Assembly (NCBI GenBank): GCA_964349215.1
Contig: CAYGGL010000002.1
Span: 1 to 38,663 of the forward strand
Direction of reading: 5' to 3'
Length of the DNA stretch: 38,663 nucleotides
Origin: an uncultured Acidimicrobiaceae bacterium
Lineage (GTDB): Bacteria > Actinomycetota > Acidimicrobiia > Acidimicrobiales > CADCSY01
The first letter of the stretch is position 1. The number at the start of each line of letters is the position of its first letter. Of the stretch, positions 1 to 9,715 are shown piece by piece. The notes under the pieces were generated by a model that did not search any database, was not told the DNA's origin, and was given only the letters and a program-made list of their open reading frames with translations. The position numbers were made by a program, and so were the translations under genes.

Positions 1-2
1 TT

Positions 3-398
3 GCGGGTGACGGATGGTTGTGTCCGGTACAGGGTGCAGTTGCATTTTCAAACGACTGGGGTGACCCAAGGTCTGGGGGCCGTCGTCATCAAGGTACAGA
101 CATCATGGCGGCAAGAGGTACGCCCATTGTTGCCAGCGTCAGTGGTACAGTGCGCCCTAATAGCTCAGCTAAGGGTGGTATCAGCTATTACCTAGCCGGC
201 GATGATGGCAATACTTATTTTGGCGCCCATCTCTCATCACTTAGTGGAGCTAGCGGCCGGGTCGAACGAGGCGCTGTTATTGGCTATGTGGGTAATTCCG
301 GCAACGCTTCAGGTGGGCCCAATCATCTTCACTTCGAGATCCACCCTGGGGGCGGAGCACCTGTTAATCCATACCCTACGGTTTCTCAATCCTGCTGA
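3..398 (+). CDS. M23 (LytM-type) metallopeptidase, C-terminal part; 5' end lies outside the window
   Basis: The frame is open from the window edge. HQGTDI and GNSGNASGGPNHLHFEIH match the HxxxD and HxH zinc-ligand motifs of M23 peptidases. Stop TGA at 396-398. Confidence 0.85.
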   Translation, partial: AGDGWLCPVQGAVAFSNDWGDPRSGGRRHQGTDIMAARGTPIVASVSGTVRPNSSAKGGISYYLAGDDGNTYFGAHLSSLSGASGRVERGAVIGYVGNSGNASGGPNHLHFEIHPGGGAPVNPYPTVSQSC

Positions 399-404
399 GC
401 GTTT

Positions 405-1175
405 TTAGGCACCGATGGCGTGGTAGCCCCCGTCCACATGGATGATTTCTCCGGTGGTAGCAGGAAACCAATCAGACAACAAAGCAACACACGCTTTGGC
501 GGTGGGCACTGGGTCGCTGATGTTCCAGCCAAGCGGAGAGCGAAGTTCCCAAGCATCTTCGAATGCCGCAAACCCAGGAATTGATTTTGCAGCCGTTGTT
601 TTAAGGGGCCCTGCTGCAACCAGGTTGACTCGGATGCCTTGAGGGCCAAGATCTCTTGCAAGATAGCGACTCGTTGATTCAAACGCTGCCTTGGCAACGC
701 CCATCCAGTCATATCCAGGCCAAGCCACAGTGGCGTCAAAGTCAAGCCCAACTATTGAGCCACCTGAAGTCATAAGTGGAAGGGCGGCTTGGGTAAGTGC
801 CTTCAAGGAATAGGCAGAAATTTGCACGGCGAGCGAAACGTCTTCCCAATCGGCAACGAACATGCCCTGACCTAGACAATTTGAGGGGGCAAATCCGATT
901 GCATGTAGAACCCCATCAACGTGATCCCATCCGAGGGCTTGCAGTGAGCCTGCCAAGCTGTCCAGTTGGGTTTGATCAGTCACGTCCAACTCAAGAACTT
1001 CTGGTTCGGTTGGAAGTTTACGAGCGACTCGTTTAGTTAAAGAGAGCCCTCGCCCCGCTCCCGTCAGGATTATCTCGGCGCCCTGCTCTTGAGCTTGGTT
1101 TGCAACGGCAAATGCGATCGAAGAGTCGGTTAGGACGCCTGTGACTAGGATGCGTTTTTTATCTAGTAAACCCAT
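405..1175 (-). CDS. fabI: NADH-dependent enoyl-ACP reductase, InhA-type FabI
   Basis: 256 aa, colinear with mycobacterial InhA as I recall it: GLLDKKRILVTG..TDSSIAF, GSIVGLDFD, YDWMGVAK (Y/K pair), LVAAGP, LLSDWFPATTGEIIHVDGG. Confidence 0.93.
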   Translation of the reverse strand: MGLLDKKRILVTGVLTDSSIAFAVANQAQEQGAEIILTGAGRGLSLTKRVARKLPTEPEVLELDVTDQTQLDSLAGSLQALGWDHVDGVLHAIGFAPSNCLGQGMFVADWEDVSLAVQISAYSLKALTQAALPLMTSGGSIVGLDFDATVAWPGYDWMGVAKAAFESTSRYLARDLGPQGIRVNLVAAGPLKTTAAKSIPGFAAFEDAWELRSPLGWNISDPVPTAKACVALLSDWFPATTGEIIHVDGGYHAIGA

Positions 1176-1234
1176 CTACACAACTTAGGTCGTATGATCC
1201 CTGTTTTGGGAACATGCAGCGGAAGGACTTTTTC

Positions 1235-3019
1235 ATGGTTAACAATTCCCTTGTAGGACAAACCCTGACTTCTACATTTCTGAGCACTGCAAGAGACAAC
1301 GCGACAAGGGTCGCATTGCGTTGGCAACAAGGCGAAGCTTGGAATGAATGGACTTGGCAGGACTATGCCGACAGGGTTGCGCAAGCTGCTGCAGGTCTCA
1401 AGGCAATGGGTGTAGGCAAAGGTGACCGCGTCGTATTGATGATGCGAAATCGTCCCGAGTTTCATATAGCCGACGTTGCAACGATGCTGTGTGGCGCAAC
1501 CCCTGTATCGATTTACAACTCTTCTTCCCCAGAACAAGTCCAATATTTGGTGAACCACTGCGAAGCCAAGGTGGCGATAGTGGAAGACGGCGGTTTCTTG
1601 GACCGTATTGCATCTGTTCGTTCTGGGCTTCCAAAGCTTGAGCGCGTCGTTGTTATCGAAATGCCTGATAATCCCAGCCAAGACCTAACTCCATTCTCAG
1701 AATTAGTTGGCACCCCTCCGGTAGATCTCGACGAGGCCTGCGCCATTGCCGAGCCGAATGACATAGCAACGATTATTTACACATCAGGCACAACTGGTCC
1801 TCCAAAGGGCGTTGTGATTTCGCATTCAAATCTTTGCTCGACCATCTCCAACATTTTGGGATCACTTCCAAAGGTGGGGGCCGGCACAAGGTCTATTTCG
1901 TTTCTACCAATGGCACACATTGCAGAACGGATGGTTACTCACTATCTACCAATGGGCTACGGCGGAGAGGTAACTACTTGTCCTGACCCTGCTCTGCTTT
2001 CGCAGTATCTGGGAAATGTGCATCCGAACGTGTTCTTAGGAGTACCTAGGGTATGGGAAAAGATCTATGCGGGCATTCAAGCGGTCGTCTCTGGCGATCC
2101 CGAGAAGAAGGCTTCGTTGGATCAGGCACTACAAGTTTCGGCAAAGGTGTATGAGCTGCGCGAGAAGGGTGAACCCATCCCTGACGAACTGCAGGCCGGC
2201 TGGGAGAAGGCTGAAGTTGAGGGATTCTCATTACTGCGCGGACTTGTCGGTCTTGACGCCGTCGAATATGCGCTAACCGGAGCTGCACCTATTCCAAGAG
2301 AGGTATTCAATTTCTTCTTGTGGATTGGAGTGCCGATTTCGGAGGTTTATGGTCTTTCGGAATCATCGGGTGTAATCACCTGGGAAGTCGACAAGGTCCG
2401 TCCTGGAACCGTTGGCAGAAAGCTTCCCGGTCTCGAGCTTCGTCTTGGAGACGACGGAGAAGTACTCGCTCGCGGACCGGGTATCTTCCAGGGTTATCTG
2501 AACGATCCCGAGAAAACTGCTGAAGCACTTGACTCAGAGGGCTGGCTTCATACCGGAGATATCGGGGTATTAGATGAAGACGGGTATCTCAAGATCGTTG
2601 ATCGCAAGAAAGAGTTGATAATCACAGCAGGCGGAAAGAACATTTCACCCGCAAATCTTGAGGCGGCCTTGAAAAGCGGAGCACTGATCAGCCAGGTATG
2701 TGTAATAGGCGATAACCAACCATTCATGTCTGCACTGTTGACTCTGGACACTGAGGTGCTACCGGTATGGGCCGCACAACACGGGATCAAGGAAACAGAC
2801 ATGGCAGCGCTTTGTGCTCATCCCGAAGTAATTGCTCAAGTCGAAAAAGAAGTCAGTGATGCAAATGCGCACTTCTCACGTGCTGAACAAATCAAGAAAT
2901 TTGTCATCTTGAGCGAAGAGTGGGCACCTGATTCTGAGGAACTCACTCCGACCATGAAGCTTAAACGTAGAGGGGTGGCAGAGAAATATGCAGACAAGAT
3001 TGAGAACATGTATGCCTGA
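1235..3019 (+). CDS. fadD: Long-chain fatty acid-CoA ligase (FadD15-like AMP-binding enzyme)
   Basis: AMP-binding motifs YTSGTTGPPKGV, GWLHTGDIG and ITAGGKNISP. ATG 1235 has GGAAGGA 7 nt upstream. The ORF-track start at 1214 is an alternative. Confidence 0.88.
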   Translation: MVNNSLVGQTLTSTFLSTARDNATRVALRWQQGEAWNEWTWQDYADRVAQAAAGLKAMGVGKGDRVVLMMRNRPEFHIADVATMLCGATPVSIYNSSSPEQVQYLVNHCEAKVAIVEDGGFLDRIASVRSGLPKLERVVVIEMPDNPSQDLTPFSELVGTPPVDLDEACAIAEPNDIATIIYTSGTTGPPKGVVISHSNLCSTISNILGSLPKVGAGTRSISFLPMAHIAERMVTHYLPMGYGGEVTTCPDPALLSQYLGNVHPNVFLGVPRVWEKIYAGIQAVVSGDPEKKASLDQALQVSAKVYELREKGEPIPDELQAGWEKAEVEGFSLLRGLVGLDAVEYALTGAAPIPREVFNFFLWIGVPISEVYGLSESSGVITWEVDKVRPGTVGRKLPGLELRLGDDGEVLARGPGIFQGYLNDPEKTAEALDSEGWLHTGDIGVLDEDGYLKIVDRKKELIITAGGKNISPANLEAALKSGALISQVCVIGDNQPFMSALLTLDTEVLPVWAAQHGIKETDMAALCAHPEVIAQVEKEVSDANAHFSRAEQIKKFVILSEEWAPDSEELTPTMKLKRRGVAEKYADKIENMYA

Positions 3020-3036
3020 AGACCTAGGATGATCGA

Positions 3037-3732
3037 GTGAAAATTGCTGTCTTGGGAGGTACGGGTCCAGCCGGACGTTCGCTGGCGCTCCGTCTGTCAT
3101 CTGTTGGCTATGACGTGATTATTGGATCACGGTCGAAGTATCGGGCCATGGAGATTCGCGACGAGCTGTTGTCAAAGTGGTCTGATCGGGGCTTTTCTCT
3201 AGATGCGGCAGACAATGAAGAAGCTGCGGAAGCCGAAATTGTCGTAATCGCTACGCCTTGGGATGCTGCCGCGGCTACGGCCTTGTCGGTTGAACGCCAG
3301 CTCCGGGGAAAAGTCGTCATTTCGATGGCTAATGCTCTTGCGAAAGTTGGACATGAGTTCCAGCCACTGGTGCCCCCGCGTGGTTCGGTTGCTGCGAGCG
3401 TTCAGGCCGCTGTTCCTCGATCACGCGTAGCTGCTGCATTCCATCACTTGCCGGCAAAGGAATTGGGAGCGATCGATCATCCAATCGATTCTGATGTTTT
3501 GATTTGTTCTGACCATCTCGCCGCTACTGAGGCAACAGCAGAGATTGTCCGTCATATTCCAGGTCTTCGGCCCCTCGATGCGGGAGAGTTGTCAAACGCT
3601 GCTCCCATCGAGGCTTTCGCAGCGGTGCTTTTGCAGCTTAACACCCGCTACAAGACCCGAGTAGCCGTGAAGCTAACAGGGGTGGAAGATGCCGATCTCG
3701 GACTGGTGCTGCCAATAGCAGCCGAAGGCTGA
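3037..3732 (+). CDS. npdG: NADPH-dependent F420 reductase-like oxidoreductase (NpdG family)
   Basis: 231 aa with the Rossmann N-terminus MKIAVLGGTGPAGRSLALRL...VIIGSRS typical of NpdG/F420:NADP oxidoreductases. GTG start. Confidence 0.7.
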   Translation: MKIAVLGGTGPAGRSLALRLSSVGYDVIIGSRSKYRAMEIRDELLSKWSDRGFSLDAADNEEAAEAEIVVIATPWDAAAATALSVERQLRGKVVISMANALAKVGHEFQPLVPPRGSVAASVQAAVPRSRVAAAFHHLPAKELGAIDHPIDSDVLICSDHLAATEATAEIVRHIPGLRPLDAGELSNAAPIEAFAAVLLQLNTRYKTRVAVKLTGVEDADLGLVLPIAAEG

Positions 3733-3775
3733 TGCTACTTAGGGCTCGAGCCCTCAGACACTTCCCGAGTTCATA

Positions 3776-4894
3776 GTGGACATCTACGACACAGCCCAGC
3801 AGAAGGTAGTGGCCTTCGATGTAGGTCCTGTTGTCACCATGTACACATGTGGAATAACGCCATACGACGCAACTCATATTGGTCATGCTGCAGTTTTTTG
3901 TACCTATGACATTTTGCAGCGACGTTTGCGCGATCTTGGGCATGAAACTCTTTGCGTTCGCAATGTGACCGACGTTGACGACCCGCTATTGGCAAAGGCC
4001 AACGAATTGGGAGTGCATTACTTAGACCTGGCAGCAGCAGAAACTGCTCGCTTTCAAGCTGACATGGAAGCCCTAAATGTCTTGCCATGCTTCAGCGAAC
4101 CAAGAGCAACCGGTGCTATTGCAGATATCAGAGGTTTCATTGGAATGGTCCTAGATAGTGGCCATGCATATGAATCAGGCGGGGCCGTGTATTTCGACGT
4201 CTCAACCTTTAGCGAATTTGGAACACTAAGCCATCTGGACGAAGCCACCATGATTACCTTGGCGAAAGAGAGGGGTGGCAACGTCGATGATCCGAATAAG
4301 CGAAATCCTCTCGACTTTGTTCTCTGGCAGCCATCTTTTGATGGCGAACCTGCATGGGAATCAATGTGGGGTCCCGGTCGTCCTGGCTGGCATATTGAGT
4401 GCTCTGCTCTTGCACTGCGTGAGTTGGGTACGACGATTGATCTACACGGTGGAGGGTCAGACCTCATCTTTCCTCATCATGAGTGCGAAAGAGCTCAATC
4501 TGAATCGGCTACCGGCAAGCCATTTGTCAGGCATTGGATGCATGTAGGCATGGTGCGCCTTGATGGCGAAAAGATGTCCAAATCATTGGGCAACCTGGTT
4601 TTTGTCAGCGATCTTTTAAAGACCTGGGAACCTCAGGCAATACGACTGGCATTGGCATCGCAGCACTACCGAATGGAATGGGATTGGGATGACACTCTTA
4701 TGCCCCAAGCAGCCAAGCGACTTGATGCATGGAAGGCTGTGGGCCCTGGGGACGGAGCTCTCGAAGAGGTTCGTGTTGCATTGGACAATGACCTGGATAC
4801 TCCTGGCGCAATATCTGCTATCGACAAGGCAGTTGCAGCTGGTGTCGGAGTAAGCGAATCGGCAGCTTTGTTAGGTGTCGCTCTGTCTTTCTAG
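3776..4894 (+). CDS. mshC: Cysteine:1D-myo-inosityl 2-amino-2-deoxy-alpha-D-glucopyranoside ligase (mycothiol ligase MshC), a CysRS paralog
   Basis: Class I aaRS motifs THIGHA and KMSKSLGN. Long colinear matches to recalled MshC: MYTCGITPYDATHIGHA, RNVTDVDDPLLAKA, ERGGNVDDP...LWQ...GEPAW...GRPGWHIECSA, GGGSDLIFPHHE. At 372 aa there is no anticodon-binding domain. GTG start. Confidence 0.85.
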   Translation: MDIYDTAQQKVVAFDVGPVVTMYTCGITPYDATHIGHAAVFCTYDILQRRLRDLGHETLCVRNVTDVDDPLLAKANELGVHYLDLAAAETARFQADMEALNVLPCFSEPRATGAIADIRGFIGMVLDSGHAYESGGAVYFDVSTFSEFGTLSHLDEATMITLAKERGGNVDDPNKRNPLDFVLWQPSFDGEPAWESMWGPGRPGWHIECSALALRELGTTIDLHGGGSDLIFPHHECERAQSESATGKPFVRHWMHVGMVRLDGEKMSKSLGNLVFVSDLLKTWEPQAIRLALASQHYRMEWDWDDTLMPQAAKRLDAWKAVGPGDGALEEVRVALDNDLDTPGAISAIDKAVAAGVGVSESAALLGVALSF

Positions 4895-4918
4895 TAGGAC
4901 CGATAGCATCTGGGCGGT

Positions 4919-6865
4919 ATGTCTGATTTCATAACTCTCACTTTGCCCGATGGATCGCAGCGCGAGTTGCCTCAAGGCTCCACGGGGGCCGACCTTGCCG
5001 CTTCGATCGGGCCTGGACTTGCCAAAGCGGCAGTGGCGATTGTGGTTGATGGGGTCGAGAGTGACTTAACTGCTGCTTTAGCCGATGGCGCCGGAGTTAG
5101 TCTGGTTACATCCAACACTGAAGAAGGCCGTCACGTGCTGCGTCATTCGACGGCCCACGTATTGGCCCAAGCGGTATTGGATATTTTCCCAGGCGCAAAG
5201 TTCGCTATTGGTCCGCCAATCGAAAACGGCTTTTACTACGACTTTGAGCTGGCTGATAGCGCGACTTTCAGTGACGAGGACTTGGTTCGCATTGAAGAAC
5301 GCATGAGAGAGATCATCAAGGCCGACCAACCTTTCATCCGTGAAGAACACTCACGAGCAGATGGCATCGAGCTCTTTAGTGATCAGCCATACAAACGAGA
5401 GATCATCGAAGGAGTAGAAGCTTCTGAGGGGGCAAGTGAGGGAGTTGTAAGTAGCTACAGAAACTCGGAAAGTTTCGTTGATCTATGTCGTGGACCTCAT
5501 GTGCCAAGTACTAGTCGTCTTGGACATTTCAAACTGCAAAAAGTAGCCGGAGCCTATTGGCGAGGCGATGAGAACCGCCCAATGTTGCAGCGAATTTATG
5601 GCACTGCTTGGGAATCGAAAGCAGCACTTGAGGCACATCTCACAATGCTCGAAGAAGCTGAAAAACGAGATCATCGTCGACTTGGTGCAGAGCTGGACTT
5701 ATTCCATTTCCCGCCCGAAATCGGTGGCGGACTACCTGTCTTTCATCCCAAGGGTGGCCTGATTCGCAAGCTCATGGAGGATTACAGCAGGGCTGAACAT
5801 GAGCGTGCGGGATATGAGTTTGTATATACGCCACATCTTGCTCGTTCGACCTTGTTTGAGACCTCTGGACATCTTGATTGGTACTCAGATGGCATGTACC
5901 CCCCCATGGAGATGGAAGGGGCCACCTATTACCCAAAGCCGATGAACTGTCCTATGCACATCTTGATTTATAAGAACCGCCAACGTTCTTATAGGGAGTT
6001 GCCCCTACGGCTTTTCGAGTTCGGCACTGTTTATAGATTCGAACGCTCGGGAGTGCTGCACGGCTTGACGCGGGTACGAGGTATCACCCAAGACGACTCT
6101 CATATCTTTTGTGCAAGAGACCAACTTGCAGGCGAGTTGGCAAGTCTTTTGAAATTCGTTTTAAAGGTTTTGAGAACATTTGGACTCGAAGATTTCGAAG
6201 CAGAACTTGCAACGCGTCCTGAGAAATTTGTAGGCGAACCCCAGGAGTGGGACCAGGCGACTGCGGCTTTGCATGAAGCTCTCACGATGGCAGACATTCC
6301 ATATGTGGTTGCCGAAGGCGAGGGAGCGTTCTATGCGCCCAAGATTGACGTACATGTGCGTGATGCAATTGGCCGGCGCTGGCAGATGTCTACTTTGCAG
6401 GTTGACTTTCAGTTGCCACAACGTTTTGATCTCGAATACACCTCATCAGAAAATATTCGAGAGCGTCCTTACATGATTCATCGAGCTCTATTTGGCTCGG
6501 TTGAAAGATTTTTTGGAATTCTCACCGAGCACTATGCGGGAGCCTTTCCAACCTGGCTTTCACCTGTTCAGGTAAGGGTATTGGCCGTGCGTGATGACCA
6601 CGAAGCTTATGCAATCAACGTGGTCGAACGTCTCGTTGGTGCAGGTTTGCGTGTTGATCGCTCCGAGGCAGACGACAAGCTTGGAAATCGAATTCGTAAG
6701 GCAAAGGTTGAAAAGATTCCATGGGTTTTAGTTGTGGGAGATGATGATGTTGCCGCTGACACAGTTGGTGTGAACGGTCGTGAGGGTGATGTTGAGCGTG
6801 GTGTATCGGTGGACGAATTCATTGAACGAATTAAGAGTGAGATGTCAGCTCCGGAGTCGGCGTGA
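4919..6865 (+). CDS. thrS: Threonine-tRNA ligase
   Basis: 648 aa with an N-terminal TGS-like region, second additional domain (HSTAHVLAQAV), class II core (FHPKG, RELPLRLFEFGTVYRFERSG, TQDDSHIF) and C-terminal anticodon-binding domain. Confidence 0.97.
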   Translation: MSDFITLTLPDGSQRELPQGSTGADLAASIGPGLAKAAVAIVVDGVESDLTAALADGAGVSLVTSNTEEGRHVLRHSTAHVLAQAVLDIFPGAKFAIGPPIENGFYYDFELADSATFSDEDLVRIEERMREIIKADQPFIREEHSRADGIELFSDQPYKREIIEGVEASEGASEGVVSSYRNSESFVDLCRGPHVPSTSRLGHFKLQKVAGAYWRGDENRPMLQRIYGTAWESKAALEAHLTMLEEAEKRDHRRLGAELDLFHFPPEIGGGLPVFHPKGGLIRKLMEDYSRAEHERAGYEFVYTPHLARSTLFETSGHLDWYSDGMYPPMEMEGATYYPKPMNCPMHILIYKNRQRSYRELPLRLFEFGTVYRFERSGVLHGLTRVRGITQDDSHIFCARDQLAGELASLLKFVLKVLRTFGLEDFEAELATRPEKFVGEPQEWDQATAALHEALTMADIPYVVAEGEGAFYAPKIDVHVRDAIGRRWQMSTLQVDFQLPQRFDLEYTSSENIRERPYMIHRALFGSVERFFGILTEHYAGAFPTWLSPVQVRVLAVRDDHEAYAINVVERLVGAGLRVDRSEADDKLGNRIRKAKVEKIPWVLVVGDDDVAADTVGVNGREGDVERGVSVDEFIERIKSEMSAPESA

Positions 6866-7389
6866 CTAACTCAGGTGCTTTGGGCCATCTATGGGCAGGA
6901 TGGCGCAATGAATATGTCAGCTCGGTACTCGATGCGAATGAACCACATGAGCAAGACAAGTGTGTGTTCTGTCGCATCCTGGCTTGTGGAGAGCCCGACG
7001 AATCCACCTTCGTTCTATGGAGAGGTCGTTATTGCGTAGCAATTCTCAACGCCTACCCATACAACAATGGTCATCTGATGGCCATGCCTATCCGCCATGT
7101 TGGTGATCTGGAAAATTTAGAAAAAGATGAGTTGGCCGAGCTCTGGCAAGCGGTCAATGCGGGTGTCGCAGCATTGAAGAGGGCTTACAACCCTGGTGGG
7201 GTGAACTTTGGGGCAAATCTTGGCAGTGCTGCAGGCGCTGGTGTTCCCGATCACTTGCACATTCACTGCTTGCCCCGATGGGCCGGCGACACAAACTTCA
7301 TGACCACGGTTGCAGATACTCGTGTCTTGCCCGAAGCGCTTCCAGTCACTTGGACTCGCCTGCGTGCCGCATGGCCCGTTATTGATTAG
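6862..7389 (+). CDS. HIT-family nucleotide transferase/phosphorylase (Rv2613c-like Ap4A phosphorylase type)
   Basis: NAYPYNNGHLMAMPIRH and the histidine triad HLHIHCLPRW. GTG start overlaps the thrS stop (GTGA). It sits immediately downstream of thrS, as in mycobacteria. Confidence 0.85.
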   Translation: MTNSGALGHLWAGWRNEYVSSVLDANEPHEQDKCVFCRILACGEPDESTFVLWRGRYCVAILNAYPYNNGHLMAMPIRHVGDLENLEKDELAELWQAVNAGVAALKRAYNPGGVNFGANLGSAAGAGVPDHLHIHCLPRWAGDTNFMTTVADTRVLPEALPVTWTRLRAAWPVID

Positions 7390-7453
7390 CAGGCTTGATT
7401 AACTGGCGCGGCCTGATCAGGTGCCTGACCATTGTGACTACTACCCTTGAGCC

Positions 7454-7954
7454 ATGACTGATCGAGACGATGAGGTGCGTGATTCCCTCCCCGCAGATCT
7501 TGACGCCGCTGGATACGTAGGGCCTTACACCTTTCCAGATAATGCTCGTCGAAAGATTCAGGCTTGGCTTTATCTGGTCTTTGGGGTTGTTTGTCTAGGA
7601 CTTTGGCTACTTGTTGACAACGTAATGGTCAATGACGGGTTCTTGTATGTTGCGGTTGTTCTTGTTGCCTTCGGCATCTATTGCATGATCGCCGGAATAG
7701 GCCTTGACATTGACGAGACTGATGCTCTGGTTGCAGCAACAAAGTCAGTGGGATTTCCAATTGGCCACGCTTCGGCCCAGTTGGGATGGAGAGGGTTGAA
7801 GTCACGACCCACTTGGCGCATCCTCGTTTACTCGGCGGAAGATCCACCTAAGAGCAGAGGCCTGGTTCTAATAGATGGCGTGGATGGTTCCGTTGTCGAA
7901 TATTTCGTAGAAGACAATCCTGAAGATCCTGCTGATTGGGCTGAGCTCTCGTAG
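7454..7954 (+). CDS. Hypothetical membrane protein (two adjacent TM helices, acidic termini)
   Basis: 166-aa ORF with hydrophobic helices LYLVFGVVCLGLWLL and LYVAVVLVAFGIYCMIAGI. It fills the gap between the HIT gene and pgsA on the same strand. No recognisable catalytic motif. Confidence 0.6.
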   Translation: MTDRDDEVRDSLPADLDAAGYVGPYTFPDNARRKIQAWLYLVFGVVCLGLWLLVDNVMVNDGFLYVAVVLVAFGIYCMIAGIGLDIDETDALVAATKSVGFPIGHASAQLGWRGLKSRPTWRILVYSAEDPPKSRGLVLIDGVDGSVVEYFVEDNPEDPADWAELS

Positions 7955-8043
7955 GTCAACCCTTTGCGATATTGACCCTTTGCAATATCGACGTTTTTGT
8001 AAAGGTTGTTTTCACATCCCCACTTGCCTGGTACCGTCGTTAC

Positions 8044-8733
8044 ATGCTTGACGGACGTTGGAAGACCGATATTGAGCAACGACTCCAGCCTGTTGGTCAG
8101 GGTCTTCGAAAAATCGGTCTGACCGCAGACCAATTAACCGCTTTTGGTCTTTTGATGTCAGTCGCAGCATCTGTGGCAATTGCGAATGGGGCTTTGCGAG
8201 GGGGGACGTTGCTGTTGTTGGCGACTGCGTTGCCCGATGCTCTCGATGGTGCTGTAGCAAAAGCATCTGGTACCTCGTCACCTCGAGGTGCTTTCTTCGA
8301 TTCGGTATCAGATCGCATAACAGATGTGGTTTTGTTGGGTGGTGTTTCTTGGTTCCTGACCTCTCGCTATGGTGGGCAGGCAGGCATGGTGGCCTTGGCA
8401 ATCATCGGTGCATCGGCTCTTGTTTCATATCAACGGGCAAAGGCCGAAGCTCTCGGATTTGAAGCCAAAGGTGGGCTCATGGAACGAGCCGAGCGATTGA
8501 TCATGTTGGGGTTTGGCTTGTTGTTTGATTCCCTTTTGGTTCCAGTGCTTTGGGTCATGTTGGCATTGACCTTGCTTACGGCAGCTCAGCGTTTTGTAAA
8601 GGTATGGCGTCAGGCCGGCCAGCCGCTTGTCGCTAAAGAAACTCCTGGCCCACTGATTGTTCGTTGGCGAGGACGTCGAGTCGCTCGCCCAACGGCTAGG
8701 GCTCTTCGCCGCCGCGATCGATTGAATCGCTGA
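8044..8733 (+). CDS. pgsA: CDP-alcohol phosphatidyltransferase; phosphatidylinositol(-phosphate) synthase PgsA1-like
   Basis: CDP-OH transferase motif DALDGAVAKASG...GAFFDSVSDRITD and several TM helices. Position matches the mycobacterial thrS-HIT-pgsA1 block. ATG 8044 is preferred over the ORF-track start 7972, whose extra 24 aa look non-coding. Confidence 0.88.
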   Translation: MLDGRWKTDIEQRLQPVGQGLRKIGLTADQLTAFGLLMSVAASVAIANGALRGGTLLLLATALPDALDGAVAKASGTSSPRGAFFDSVSDRITDVVLLGGVSWFLTSRYGGQAGMVALAIIGASALVSYQRAKAEALGFEAKGGLMERAERLIMLGFGLLFDSLLVPVLWVMLALTLLTAAQRFVKVWRQAGQPLVAKETPGPLIVRWRGRRVARPTARALRRRDRLNR

Positions 8734-8755
8734 GCGCCGACAAGCCGACTAAGTC

Positions 8756-9697
8756 TTGAATTCAATAGACAGCCCACCCCCAAAGCGATCTTCCCTGGGG
8801 GCCCTGGCCCCTTATTACGCCTACAGGGTTGGTGCTGCCATCGCACGATTTTTTCCTGAACCTGTAGTGCTGCGTTTAGCTCAAGGTATCGCTGGGCTTG
8901 TATCTGCACGGGCAGGAAAACCAGGATCCAGAAGACAGATGATCGAGCGTCATCTGCAGCGGGCGCATGATCACAAACTCGATGAGGCCAGTTTGAAAAA
9001 GAGCGTGAAGGAGGCTTATGTCTCATATGCGCGCTATTGGGTTGAGTCGTTTCGTTTGCCAGACAAGTCGCCGGCTGATCTTGATGCGACACTTTCATAT
9101 GAGGGATTGGGAAATCTCGAAAGTGCATTGTCCTTAGGCAAAGGGGTGATTCTCTGTCTTCCTCATTTAGGGGGTTGGGACTACGGGGGAGCGTGGCTGG
9201 CAACTCATGGTTATCCGATGAGTGTCGTCGTTGAGCCAGTAGAGCCTCCCGAATTATTTGAGTGGTTCGCTGATCTGCGCAACAACCTCGACCTCAAGGT
9301 TGTACCTCTTGGTCCCAGTTCGGCGATCTCCGTTTTAAAGACCTTGCGTTCTGGAGGAATCGTTGCGCTATTGAGCGATCGCGACCTGACTCGTGACGGG
9401 CCAGAAGTTTCGTTCTTTGGTGAAATGACCACATTGCCTGCAGGGCCCATAACACTTGGTCTTCGTACTGGGGCGCCGGTATTGCCGACCACGATTTACT
9501 TCAAAGCAGATGGTGGCCATCACGGCGTTATTCGTCCCGCCCTTGAGCTTGAGCGTCGCTGCGACTCTCTTAAAGACGACATTAATCGTTGCACCCAAGT
9601 TCTTGCAGACGAACTCGCACTCCTAATACGTGCGGCCCCAGAGCAGTGGCATCTTTTCCAGCCAAACTGGCCATCGGACCCTGGGTACTCCAATTAG
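8756..9697 (+). CDS. patA: Lipid A biosynthesis-type (LPLAT/HtrB family) acyltransferase; PIM acyltransferase PatA-like
   Basis: HX4D acyltransferase motif (CLPHLGGWDYGG). About 310 aa, directly downstream of pgsA as for Rv2611c. TTG start. Confidence 0.8.
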   Translation: MNSIDSPPPKRSSLGALAPYYAYRVGAAIARFFPEPVVLRLAQGIAGLVSARAGKPGSRRQMIERHLQRAHDHKLDEASLKKSVKEAYVSYARYWVESFRLPDKSPADLDATLSYEGLGNLESALSLGKGVILCLPHLGGWDYGGAWLATHGYPMSVVVEPVEPPELFEWFADLRNNLDLKVVPLGPSSAISVLKTLRSGGIVALLSDRDLTRDGPEVSFFGEMTTLPAGPITLGLRTGAPVLPTTIYFKADGGHHGVIRPALELERRCDSLKDDINRCTQVLADELALLIRAAPEQWHLFQPNWPSDPGYSN

Positions 9698-9715
9698 AAG
9701 ACGAGCCCCTTAGGC

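Noticed and set aside
3776-4894. Calling this gene cysteinyl-tRNA synthetase (cysS)
   Set aside because: It is too short, lacks the C-terminal anticodon-binding region, and its motif-level colinearity is with MshC rather than CysRS.
4895-4918. A T-box, leader or riboswitch upstream of thrS (and likewise upstream of pdxS and purK)
   Set aside because: The gaps are only about 15-25 nt before thrS and pdxS, too short for a structured leader. The purK upstream region contains only the terminator and the 17-nt repeats, with no recognisable riboswitch fold by eye.
7972-8043. The ORF-track start of pgsA at 7972
   Set aside because: The extra 24 residues (MTLCNIDVFVKVVFTSPLAWYRRY) are not part of CDP-alcohol transferase N-termini. 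ATG 8044 gives the usual short cytoplasmic lead before the first TM helix.
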